Positions 9,533-18,524 of a stretch of DNA of 64,000 nucleotides are shown here, piece after piece. The notes below the pieces were generated by a model that had not been told where the DNA came from, did not search any database, and saw only the letters and a program-made list of their open reading frames with translations. The stretch covers positions 3,672 to 67,671 of the forward strand of contig DASPPB010000014.1 of the NCBI GenBank assembly GCA_035625725.1, in the 5' to 3' direction. The translations under genes and the position numbers were made by a program. The stretch comes from Burkholderiaceae bacterium. GTDB taxonomy: Bacteria; Pseudomonadota; Gammaproteobacteria; Burkholderiales; Burkholderiaceae_F. The first letter of the stretch is position 1, and each line of letters opens with the position of its first letter.

Positions 9533-9946
9533 CTATTTTGCGGCGACCTTTGAAGCGCGCAGCGTGATTTCCGCGTGCCGATGCGCGCCGCGCGCGCGCG
9601 TCAGCGTGCCCCGAATGTTGACCAGCGCGCCGTTGAGATCCACGGTGAATGCCGTGCGCGCAACCACTTCGATCGTCTGCACGCCGTCGCGTGCGACATT
9701 CCAGTCATCGTCGGGCAGCGGCGCAATGCAGATCGGACGAGGCAAGGTCAGAATCCACACCGCTTCCGGCTGATCGCCAAGCTCCACCGATTTGTAATGC
9801 GGGGGGCCGGCAAACGCCTTGAGCTGCAGCGTGCCTTGCAAGTCGACCTCGTCGGGTTCGTAGTGCAGGCAGCCTTCGGCCCCAAGGCAACGGGCGGCGC
9901 CCACAAGGCCCAAGAGCGCCAGAAGCAGGACGGCTTTGCTGCGCAA
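9533..9946 (-). CDS. secreted hypothetical protein (DUF4431-like)
   Basis: Signal-peptide-like N-terminus (LRSKAVLLLALLGLVGAARCLGA). A likely TTG start at 9946 is preceded by GAAAGGAAA. The ATG of the track ORF (10006) overlaps the dolP coding end and encodes an RPPRPRRRP tract. The DUF4431 assignment is from memory of the G.L....F.GPP.Y pattern. Confidence 0.5.
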   Translation of the reverse strand: MRSKAVLLLALLGLVGAARCLGAEGCLHYEPDEVDLQGTLQLKAFAGPPHYKSVELGDQPEAVWILTLPRPICIAPLPDDDWNVARDGVQTIEVVARTAFTVDLNGALVNIRGTLTRARGAHRHAEITLRASKVAAK

Positions 9947-9959
9947 CGCGCATTTCCTT

Positions 9960-10625
9960 TCAGTGGGTCTCCGCCGGGGGCGAGGCGGGCGCACTCGGTT
10001 GCGCATCGTGCGGCATTTGCGCCACTTCCGCGCTGGGCAGCAGCTCGAAGAGTATGACCACCTTTTTGACGCCGCTCACGCGGGCCGCGGCGTGCGAAGC
10101 AATATCGGCTTCTTTCTCGCTCACCCGTCCAAAAAGATAGATGGCGCTGTCGGTGCACGAGATCTTCACCGAGCCGGCGGGCAGGCCCGAGGCGTTGAGC
10201 AGCGCGCCACCGACCTTGCCGGCGAGCGCCAGATCGGCGGTATGGCTTGACAGACCGGAGAGCGAGCCGATCGTCAACTCGTTGACGACCTGGCGCACGT
10301 TCTGGCTGGAAGCGGCGATCGCTTCGGCGTCGCTGCGGTCCTGCTCCGTGGGCACTTGCCCGGCGAGCAGCACTTTTTGGTTGTACGAGGTCACGTCGAT
10401 GCGCACGGATTGGCGTGCAAACCGCTTCTCCAGCGCCGAATTGATGCGGTGTTCGATCTCGGTGTCCTCCACCTGAATGCCCACCGAGCGCCGGTCGGTA
10501 GCGACCACCGCGGCGCCGGCGCCGCCCAGGGCGGCGCCGCCAACAGCCACGACGCAGCCGCTCAGGGCCGCGCCAGCGGCCAAAACCGTCATCCCGCACT
10601 GAAAAAACAAAACTAATCTGCGCAT
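9960..10625 (-). CDS. dolP: dual-BON-domain outer-membrane lipoprotein DolP/YraP
   Basis: Signal peptide with lipobox LSGC, followed by two BON-like repeats. ATG 10625 has an AGGGG SD 6 nt upstream; the track uses the in-frame GTG at 10628. It is divergent from rsmI, as in many proteobacteria. Confidence 0.8.
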   Translation of the reverse strand: MRRLVLFFQCGMTVLAAGAALSGCVVAVGGAALGGAGAAVVATDRRSVGIQVEDTEIEHRINSALEKRFARQSVRIDVTSYNQKVLLAGQVPTEQDRSDAEAIAASSQNVRQVVNELTIGSLSGLSSHTADLALAGKVGGALLNASGLPAGSVKISCTDSAIYLFGRVSEKEADIASHAAARVSGVKKVVILFELLPSAEVAQMPHDAQPSAPASPPAETH

Positions 10626-10847
10626 CACTAACCCCTTTTATAGCCGGCGTACACAGCGGGCACCGGGGTGCGCCGCGTAGCCGTTCAACCGCAGCGCACT
10701 CGGGCGCTGCACGCTCGTTGCGGTCCCGCGCTATGGCCAAGCGCGTATTGTGCCGTGCTTTGCGCGGCTGCTGTAGGGCCACCGCGCGCGGCCGCCCTTT
10801 GTGTTCACGTTATGCTGGTGCCCTGGCAGAGGGTGCGCGCGAATACG

Positions 10848-11783
10848 ATGACGGAACCGCGTAACAACGATCGACCAAACGGATGGTCGAGCGACTCGCT
10901 CTGGTCGAGTGCGGGCATCGCGCAACAGGACTTTCCTCCCGGACTGTACGTGGTGGCCACACCCTTGGGAAACGCGGCCGATATCACGCTGCGCGCCCTT
11001 TGGGTGCTGCGACTGGTCGATTGCGTTGCCGCAGAGGACACACGCAACACCGCGCCCCTGCTTGCGCGCTACGGCATCAACGCGCGGCTGCTGGCGCTGC
11101 ACGAGCACAACGAGGCCCGGGCAGGCGCGCAGATACTCGAACATCTGGCGCATGGGCAACGCGTCGCAATCGTAAGCGATGCGGGAACACCGGCCATTTG
11201 CGATCCGGGCGCGCTCGTGGTGCGCGCGGCGCTGGCCGCCGGTGTGCGCGTCATTCCGGTGCCGGGGGCCAGCAGTTTGACCGCAGCCCTTTGCGCAGCC
11301 GGCGTTCGAGCCGGGCCGATTCGCTTCTGGGGCTTCGTGCCTGCGCGGGCGGCAGCGCGCCAGCGACAGTGGACCGAGCTCGGCTCCGAGGAGGTGGCGG
11401 TGCTCTTCGAGGTGCCGCATCGTGTCGTGGCGACGGCGCGCGAATTGGGCTCCGTGCTCGAGCCCGCGCGACGCGTGGTCGTGCTACGGGAACTGACCAA
11501 ACGCTTCGAGTCCATCGCGGCGACCACCGCCGCGGAACTGCCGGCTTTGATCGAAGCGGCGCCGCCGCGCGGCGAGTACGTCCTGGTGATCGACGCGGCC
11601 GACGCACGGCGCACGGGCTCCGCGCAGCACCCCGCCGCGGTCGACGCGCTTACGGCGCGCTGGCTCAGCGCTTTGCGCAAGGAGCTGCCTGCCTCGCGCG
11701 CGGCTGCGGTCGCGGCCAAAGTGAGCGGGCTGCCCCGTGCCGTCTTGTATCGCGCCCTTAGCTCAGAGTCCGAGGACGATTGA
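10848..11783 (+). CDS. rsmI: 16S rRNA (cytidine1402-2'-O)-methyltransferase
   Basis: From ATG 10848: GLYVVATPLGNAADITLRALWVLRLVDCVAAEDTRNTAPLL, a typical RsmI N-terminus. 311 aa. The upstream 60 codons of the track ORF were discarded. Confidence 0.9.
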   Translation: MTEPRNNDRPNGWSSDSLWSSAGIAQQDFPPGLYVVATPLGNAADITLRALWVLRLVDCVAAEDTRNTAPLLARYGINARLLALHEHNEARAGAQILEHLAHGQRVAIVSDAGTPAICDPGALVVRAALAAGVRVIPVPGASSLTAALCAAGVRAGPIRFWGFVPARAAARQRQWTELGSEEVAVLFEVPHRVVATARELGSVLEPARRVVVLRELTKRFESIAATTAAELPALIEAAPPRGEYVLVIDAADARRTGSAQHPAAVDALTARWLSALRKELPASRAAAVAAKVSGLPRAVLYRALSSESEDD

Positions 11784-11818
11784 GGCGCCGGGGCACGCCG
11801 TCGGCGCTCGCGGCCGAC

Positions 11819-12766
11819 TCAGCGCGCATACAACACCGTCTGGCGGACTAAGAAGCGCTCGAGCTGTTGGGCCCAGGCCTGGGCCGTGGCTCGATCGCCC
11901 AGGCTGCCGATCAATACGCGGCTGAGCTTGCCGTCGTATTCGATCCAGGGGGTGTGCGCCCCGGCCGGCAAGGCGTCGGCTTCGGGCGCCGAGAGCAACA
12001 AGGCAACGCGATCCCGCAACGCCTCGGCGTGCGCGCTCACCGCAAAGGCGCCGAGTTGGACGGACCAGTTGGTCGCGATGGGCGTGGCGCGCTCGGTTGA
12101 CAACGCCGCGACGTTCGGACCCGGAGCCGGCGCCGCGGCCGCCAGCGGCAGTGGCAGCGGTGCAGGTGCCGAGGCCGACGATGTACCTGTCGTTGCCGAG
12201 GCCGTCACGGCGCCGCTCGCGACGACGGGCCGCGCCGGCCGCGCCGCGGCAATCTCCCGGGTGGTGATTTTTTCCACGATCACTTCACCGCTGCCCGCGC
12301 CTGCAATTCCGAGGCGCACCGCCGCTGCGTACGACAGATCGATGATGCGGTCGTGCAGAAACGGGCCGCGGTCGTTGATGCGCACGACGACGCTGCTGCC
12401 GTCGTGCACGCTCGTCACCCGCGCGTAACTGGGGATGGGCAAGGTGGGATGCGCGGCGCTCATCGCGAACATGTCGTAGGGTTCTCCGCTCGCCGTGCGG
12501 TTGCCTTGGAACTGCCGACCGTACCAGGAGGCGATGCCGCGCTGCTGAAATGGAGCGTCACTCGTGTCCGGCGTATACGTGCGGCCCAAGGCGACATAGG
12601 GACGGTTGGCATGCGCACTGAGCGGTTCTTCGCGCGGCAGCGCGTCGGGCGTCTTTGCAAGTCCGGGCGGAACATGCTCGGGCGGACCGTCGTCGGCGTA
12701 GTAGTGCGGGCTTTTCGTTGCGCATGCACCCAGCAACAGGACCGCGAAAACCGCTGCGCTGCGCAA
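11819..12766 (-). CDS. rlpA: septal ring lytic transglycosylase RlpA (DPBB + SPOR domains)
   Basis: Lipobox LLGAC, DPBB motif ASWYGRQFQGNRTASGEPYD, an Ala/Pro-rich linker and a C-terminal SPOR-like region. The first codon is TTG (12766), 4 nt after the rodA stop. Confidence 0.85.
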   Translation of the reverse strand: MRSAAVFAVLLLGACATKSPHYYADDGPPEHVPPGLAKTPDALPREEPLSAHANRPYVALGRTYTPDTSDAPFQQRGIASWYGRQFQGNRTASGEPYDMFAMSAAHPTLPIPSYARVTSVHDGSSVVVRINDRGPFLHDRIIDLSYAAAVRLGIAGAGSGEVIVEKITTREIAAARPARPVVASGAVTASATTGTSSASAPAPLPLPLAAAAPAPGPNVAALSTERATPIATNWSVQLGAFAVSAHAEALRDRVALLLSAPEADALPAGAHTPWIEYDGKLSRVLIGSLGDRATAQAWAQQLERFLVRQTVLYAR

Positions 12767-12770
12767 GGTC

Positions 12771-13880
12771 TTAGCTTTGCACCAGCTTGCGGTGGCGCTG
12801 AATCGTCATGAGCATGCCGCAGGCCATTCCGATCGTGACGAGCGCGGTACCGCCGTAACTGATGAGCGGCAGAGGAACTCCGACGACCGGCAATATGCCG
12901 CTGACCATCGCCATGTTCACGAACGCATAGGTGAACAAAATCATGGCCAAAGAAGCCGCGAGCAAGCGCGAAAAAGGCGTAGCCGCGTGTCCGGCGATGG
13001 TCAGTGCGCGCGCAACAAGCGCCAGAAACAGCACGATCAGCACGAGGTTGCCGATCAAACCGAACTCCTCGGAATACACGGCGAAGATAAAGTCGGTCGT
13101 GCGTTCGGGGATGAACTCCAGGTGCGTCTGGGTTCCCTGCATCCATCCCTTGCCGAAGACGCCTCCCGAGCCAATCGCGATCATCGACTGCAGCGTGTGG
13201 AACCCCTTGCCCAGCGGATCGGACATCGGATCGAGCAAAGTGAGGATGCGGGCGCGCTGATAGTCGTGCAGCACCGACCAGACCACCGGCAGCGCCGCCA
13301 AAATGCCGGCCACGAGGCCAAGGAGCCAACGCCAGGGAAGACCGGCGAAAAAGATCACGAAAAAGCCGGCCGCCAGCACGAGCAACGCGGTCCCCAGATC
13401 GGGCTGACGGGCAATGAGCGCGACCGGAATGAGCACCAGCACGATGGCAAACAGAAAGTCGATCGAGCGCAGCGTCCCGGCGCGCCGGTCAAAGTACCAG
13501 GCAAGCATCAAGGGCACACCCAGCTTCATGATTTCGGCCGGTTGCACGCGCGTGAAGCCGATGTCGAGCCAGCGCTGCGCGCCCTTGACCGATACGCCGA
13601 TGACCAAAACGCCCACGAGCGCGAGCAGCCCGACGCCATAGACCGGAACGGCCATGCGCGTGAGCACCCGCGGCGGCAGGCTTGCAAACGCGAGCATGAC
13701 CAAAGCGGCCAGGAGAAAGTTGCGCAGCTGTCCGGAAAAATTGCCGGGATGATCGGACGCGGCCGAGTACAGCGTGATGAGCCCCACGAGCGACAGGGCG
13801 CCCAGGGTGGCGAGCAGCGCCGGATCGAGCGAGCTGGCAAAGGCGCGCAGACGCAGTCGCAGGCCGGCGGGGGCGTTCAC
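12771..13880 (-). CDS. rodA: peptidoglycan glycosyltransferase RodA (SEDS family)
   Basis: 369 aa, about 10 TM helices, colinear with RodA/MrdB. GTG start at 13880, 2 nt after the mrdA stop. Confidence 0.9.
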   Translation of the reverse strand: MNAPAGLRLRLRAFASSLDPALLATLGALSLVGLITLYSAASDHPGNFSGQLRNFLLAALVMLAFASLPPRVLTRMAVPVYGVGLLALVGVLVIGVSVKGAQRWLDIGFTRVQPAEIMKLGVPLMLAWYFDRRAGTLRSIDFLFAIVLVLIPVALIARQPDLGTALLVLAAGFFVIFFAGLPWRWLLGLVAGILAALPVVWSVLHDYQRARILTLLDPMSDPLGKGFHTLQSMIAIGSGGVFGKGWMQGTQTHLEFIPERTTDFIFAVYSEEFGLIGNLVLIVLFLALVARALTIAGHAATPFSRLLAASLAMILFTYAFVNMAMVSGILPVVGVPLPLISYGGTALVTIGMACGMLMTIQRHRKLVQS

Positions 13881-13882
13881 GA

Positions 13883-15838
13883 TCAGTTGCCGCCGCTCGA
13901 TACGCTGCTAGCGGCCACTGCGGTCTTGTGCGCCGCCGGAGCAAGGGCGGTCGGCTCGGCCGCGTGCACATTTTGCGGGGCCGCGGGCTCCTTGCCCAGC
14001 AGGTAGTAGTCCATCACCTGGCGAGCGATCGGAGCAGCGGCCAGCGCGCCCCAGCCGCCGTTTTCCACGAGCAGGGCGAGCGCGATCTTCGGCTGAACGC
14101 CGCGCTCCGCCGGCGCAAACGCGATGAACAAGGAGTGGTCGCGGTGGCGCTCCTCGACGTGGCGCTCGTCATACTTTTCGTTTTGGCCGATGCCAACGAC
14201 CTGCGCAGTTCCGGTCTTGCCGGCTGTCTTGTAGGTACTGCCGACAAACGCCGCGTATGCCGTACCCGAGGGGTCGGTCGTCACTCCGACCATGGCGTCG
14301 CGCACGAACGCCACGTTTTCCGGGCGCAGGGCAATGCGCCGCGTCTCGGATGTGACCGTGAATGTGCGCGCGCCCGTGCGCGAATCTTCAATCGCCTTGA
14401 CCAGATGCGGCTTCATGACGGCACCATCGTTAGCGAGCGTAGCGGTGGCCTGCGCCAGCTGGATGAGCGTAAAGGCGTTTTTGCCCTGACCGATGCCGAT
14501 GGAGATGGTCTCGCCGCCAAACCACTTCTGGTGAAAGCGCCGCTCGTTCCACTCCGTGGAAGGCAAAACCCCCGGCACTTCGCCCTCCATGTCAATGCCC
14601 GTAAGATCGCCGAAGCCAAACGGCTTCATGAAATCGTGTATGGCGTCGACGCCCAAATCGTTGGCAAGCGCGTAATAGTAAACGTCGCTTGAGACAACGA
14701 TGGACTTGTGCAAGTCCACCACCCCGTGTCCTCCCTTAGGCCCGCCTTCGCGAAACAGATGGCCACCGTAGGAGTAAAAGCCCGGGTCGAAGGTAACGCT
14801 TTCGGGATGGCGCTTGCCCAGCTCGAGGGCGGCTAGCGCCAAAAACGGCTTGTAGGTCGAGCCGATGGGGTAGGTGCCGCGCAGGGCACGGTTGAGCAGG
14901 GGCTTGTCGATTGAGTTGTTGAGCGCATCCCAGTTCACCGGGTCGATTCCTTCGACGAAAAGGTTCGGATCGAAGGTGGGTTTGGACACGAAGGCCAGAA
15001 TGTCGCCGGTTTCCGGTTCAATGGCGATAAGGGCCCCGCGCCGATCGCCGAAGGCGCGCTCGACAATCTCTTGCAACCGGATGTCGACCGACAGAATCAG
15101 GTTGTCGCCCGGCACGGAGGGCGTTCTCGTGAGCGTGCGCACCGGGTGCCCGCCCGCGGTAATCTCGACTTGCTCGATGCCGGTGGTGCCGTGCAGCTGC
15201 TCCTCGTAGCTCGACTCCACGCCGATTTTGCCGATGTAATCGGTGCCGTTGTAGTTGTTCGGGTCGGCGAAGCCGTCGATGCGCTCCTCGTCCTTGGCGC
15301 TCACGCGACCGATATAGCCCAGCAAGTGCGAAGCGGTTTCTCCCAGCGGGTACTGGCGAAAGAGCCGGGCACGCAGCTCCACCCCCGGGAAGCGGTAGCG
15401 CTGCGCGGCGAAGCGCGCGACTTCCTCGTCGCTCAAGCGGGTGCGGATGGGCACCGAGTCCAGATGCTTGTAGTCCTCGAGCGTCTTGTGAAATCGCCGG
15501 CGCTCGCGCGCCGAGATTTCGATGACCGTGGAGAGCTCATCGATCGCGCCATCGAGATCTCCGACCTTTGCCGGTTCGATCTCCAGGGTGTAGGCCGAAT
15601 AATTCTTGGCGATGATGATGCCGTTGCGGTCCTTGATCAGACCGCGGTTGGCCGTCACCGGCACGAGCGCGATGCGGTTTTGTTCGGCGCGCGCCAGAAA
15701 TTCCCCGTGGCGTATGACCTGCAGCCATGCCAGACGCAGGCAAAGCACCAGAAATCCCAGCGCCACCAAAACCGAGGCCGACACCAGACGCTCGCGAAAT
15801 TGCGAGACCTCTCGTTCGGGGTTGCGCAACGGCTTCAT
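13883..15838 (-). CDS. mrdA: penicillin-binding protein 2 (elongasome transpeptidase)
   Basis: N-terminal TM anchor, SxxK motif STYKP, and KTGTA. 651 aa. Confidence 0.9.
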   Translation of the reverse strand: MKPLRNPEREVSQFRERLVSASVLVALGFLVLCLRLAWLQVIRHGEFLARAEQNRIALVPVTANRGLIKDRNGIIIAKNYSAYTLEIEPAKVGDLDGAIDELSTVIEISARERRRFHKTLEDYKHLDSVPIRTRLSDEEVARFAAQRYRFPGVELRARLFRQYPLGETASHLLGYIGRVSAKDEERIDGFADPNNYNGTDYIGKIGVESSYEEQLHGTTGIEQVEITAGGHPVRTLTRTPSVPGDNLILSVDIRLQEIVERAFGDRRGALIAIEPETGDILAFVSKPTFDPNLFVEGIDPVNWDALNNSIDKPLLNRALRGTYPIGSTYKPFLALAALELGKRHPESVTFDPGFYSYGGHLFREGGPKGGHGVVDLHKSIVVSSDVYYYALANDLGVDAIHDFMKPFGFGDLTGIDMEGEVPGVLPSTEWNERRFHQKWFGGETISIGIGQGKNAFTLIQLAQATATLANDGAVMKPHLVKAIEDSRTGARTFTVTSETRRIALRPENVAFVRDAMVGVTTDPSGTAYAAFVGSTYKTAGKTGTAQVVGIGQNEKYDERHVEERHRDHSLFIAFAPAERGVQPKIALALLVENGGWGALAAAPIARQVMDYYLLGKEPAAPQNVHAAEPTALAPAAHKTAVAASSVSSGGN

Positions 15839-16049
15839 GCGTCTTTCCTACGCGGGCACGGGCGGCCAGCCGCATTCTAATCGGCCCGCAAGCCGGTCGA
15901 TCCGCGCGCCAGAGGGCCAAGGCGGGCGGATTGCGCGCGATCAGATCCGGCATCGGGGCCCTGTGCAATCATTGCCTTGCGTCCCATCGGGGGGCGGCGC
16001 CCTCGCCTGTGGCCGGGGCGCTCAATCCTAGCCAGAGGGGGGCTTCCAA

Positions 16050-17093
16050 ATGAGCGATCACCAAAGCGGCGCACCGGCACCCGAAGGGGCGCATGGGCCC
16101 CGGCCGGCCTCGGGCGGGGCGGCGCCGGCCCACCCGGCAAAGCGTCGGGAGCCATTGCCCTGGCACCGCCCCAAGGAACTCGAGGACGACCCGCTGGCGC
16201 AGGAGCGCGTGCAGGCCATTCTCCGCGGACCCAGCTATCGGCTTGCCGACGAGGACGTCGATTTCTTGGCGCGCGACGATCTGCGGGGACTGCGCCTGCA
16301 GCTCGACTACTACAAGACGCAACTGCAGCTCGAGCGGCGCGGGGTGGAGCACACGATCGTCATCTTTGGCAGCACCCGCATCGCGGAGCCGGCGGCGGCG
16401 CGCCGCGCGCTGCAACGGCTGCAGGAGCGATCCGATGCGCTACGCGGCGCCGACGCGCAGACGCAAGAGCGCTTCGAGCGCGAGCTTGCCGCGGCCGAGC
16501 GCATCCATGCCAAGAGCCATTACTACGAGGTCGCGCGCGATCTCGGCCGGCGCATTGCGCAGGCCGGCAACGGCCCCGAAGACACACGGGTCATGGTCAT
16601 GACCGGCGGCGGGCCCGGCATCATGGAAGCCGCCAATCGCGGCGCGTTTGATGTTGGCGCACAGTCGATCGGCCTGAATATCGCGCTGCCGCACGAGCAG
16701 TACCCCAACCCCTACATCACGCCGGAGCTATGCCTGCGCTTTCACTACTTTGCGCTGCGCAAGCTGCACTTCATGCTGCGCGCCCGCGCCTTGGTCGCAT
16801 TTCCGGGAGGCTACGGTACCTTCGATGAGCTCTTCGAGACGCTGACCCTGATCCAGACGCGCAAGATCAGCCCCGTGCCAGTCGTCCTCGTGGGCAGGGA
16901 CTACTGGCGCCGTGCCTTCGACGTGGATTTCTTAGTCGACGAGGGCGTGATCGCGACCGAGGACCGCGACTTGTTCTGGTACGCGGAGACGGCCGCCGAG
17001 ATCTGGGAGAGCATATTGCACTGGCACCAAAGCAACGGCACGCCGCTGTACCCGAGCGCGAGCCGCGAATCGGCGTCGGCGCGCCCGCGGTGA
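16050..17093 (+). CDS. LOG family (TIGR00730-type) nucleotide N-glycosidase-like protein with N-terminal extension
   Basis: Motifs GGGPGIMEAANRGA and PGGYGTFDELFE. 347 aa, with roughly 95 non-LOG residues at the N-terminus. Confidence 0.8.
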   Translation: MSDHQSGAPAPEGAHGPRPASGGAAPAHPAKRREPLPWHRPKELEDDPLAQERVQAILRGPSYRLADEDVDFLARDDLRGLRLQLDYYKTQLQLERRGVEHTIVIFGSTRIAEPAAARRALQRLQERSDALRGADAQTQERFERELAAAERIHAKSHYYEVARDLGRRIAQAGNGPEDTRVMVMTGGGPGIMEAANRGAFDVGAQSIGLNIALPHEQYPNPYITPELCLRFHYFALRKLHFMLRARALVAFPGGYGTFDELFETLTLIQTRKISPVPVVLVGRDYWRRAFDVDFLVDEGVIATEDRDLFWYAETAAEIWESILHWHQSNGTPLYPSASRESASARPR

Positions 17094-18484
17094 AGATCGC
17101 CTTCCACGGGGCCGACCGCACGGTGACGGGTTCGTGCCACCTCGTCGAATGTGCCGGGGTTCGCCTGCTCGTGGACTGCGGTCTGGTGCAGGGCGAAGGC
17201 GAGACCGAGGAGCGCAATCGCCAGCCCTTCGGTTTTGCCCCTGCGGACATCGATTTCGTGCTGCTCACGCACGCGCACCTGGATCACTGCGGGCGGCTGC
17301 CACTGCTGGCCAAACGGGGTTTCCGCGGCGAGATCGTCGCAACCGCGGCCACACGCGAGTTGGCGCGGGTCGTCATGCTCGATGCGGCCCACCTGCAAGA
17401 AGAGGAGCTCCGCCGCAATCAGCGCCGCCGGCCGCACCGGTCTGCCGCGCGCACCGAGGCGGAGGCCGACGCGCTCTACACCGTACTCGATGCGCTCAAT
17501 TGCCTGGATCGGTTCGGGCGCGCCCCGACGTACGGGCAGGCGCTCGAGCTCGCGCCGGGCGTGCGGGTCACGTTTTTCGATGCCGGCCACATCCTGGGCT
17601 CGGCGAGCCTGTACCTGGAACTCGAAGAGGACGGCGGCCGGCGAACGGTTACCTTCTCCGGTGACCTGGGCAACCGGGGCCGGCCGCTGTTGCGCGCGCC
17701 CGTCGCGCCGCCGGCTTCCGACATCGCCGTGGTGGAGACAACCTACGGCGATCGCCTGCACAAGCCGATCGGCCCCTCGATCGAGGAGTTCTACGCGGCG
17801 ATCAACGGAGCGTTTGCGCGCGGAGGCAACGTGGTGATTCCGACTTTTGCGCTCGAGCGGGCGCAGGAGGTGCTGTGGTATCTGCGGGAGGGCCGGGAAC
17901 AGGGACGTTTACCGCCCCTTCTGCAGGTCTTTTTGGATTCCCCGATGGCGATATCGGCCACCCAGATCTTCGAGCACCATCCGGAGTGTTTCGAGCCCCA
18001 CGTCGCCCGGCAATTCGGCGCCGGCAAGGATCCTTTCGCGCTCCCGGGCCTGCACTTTACGCGCGAGGCCGTCGACAGCATCGCGATCAACCGGTTTCGA
18101 AGCGGTGCGGTCATCCTGGCCGGCGCCGGCATGTGCAATGGCGGCCGGGTGCGTCACCATCTGCGTCAGAACCTGTGGCGCGAGAGCTGCGCCATCGTAT
18201 TCGTCGGCTACGCCGCCCGCGGAACGCTCGCCCGGCGCATCATCGACGGAGCTGCGAGCGTGCACATTTTCGAAGAAGAGGTCCGCGTTCGCGCAAGCAT
18301 TCACACGATCAACGGGTTTTCGGCGCATGCCGACCGCGACGAACTGCTCGAATGGCATCACCGGGTCGCTCCCCGCCGCACGTTTCTCGTGCACGGCGAG
18401 GAAGACGTGATGCGGATCTTCGCGGCACAGCTGCACGACACCGAGGTGCAGATGCCCGAGTTCGGGCAGTCATACGAGTTGTGA
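17090..18484 (+). CDS. MBL-fold metallo-hydrolase, beta-CASP (RNA-metabolising) type
   Basis: HxHxDH motif LLTHAHLDHCG. The 464-aa length and C-terminal layout are typical of beta-CASP nucleases. The GTG start overlaps the LOG stop (GTGA at 17090-17093). Confidence 0.8.
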   Translation: MKIAFHGADRTVTGSCHLVECAGVRLLVDCGLVQGEGETEERNRQPFGFAPADIDFVLLTHAHLDHCGRLPLLAKRGFRGEIVATAATRELARVVMLDAAHLQEEELRRNQRRRPHRSAARTEAEADALYTVLDALNCLDRFGRAPTYGQALELAPGVRVTFFDAGHILGSASLYLELEEDGGRRTVTFSGDLGNRGRPLLRAPVAPPASDIAVVETTYGDRLHKPIGPSIEEFYAAINGAFARGGNVVIPTFALERAQEVLWYLREGREQGRLPPLLQVFLDSPMAISATQIFEHHPECFEPHVARQFGAGKDPFALPGLHFTREAVDSIAINRFRSGAVILAGAGMCNGGRVRHHLRQNLWRESCAIVFVGYAARGTLARRIIDGAASVHIFEEEVRVRASIHTINGFSAHADRDELLEWHHRVAPRRTFLVHGEEDVMRIFAAQLHDTEVQMPEFGQSYEL

Positions 18485-18524
18485 GGCGAACCGTCGCGCG
18501 CCGCCTCGGCATCTTGCCCGGGCC

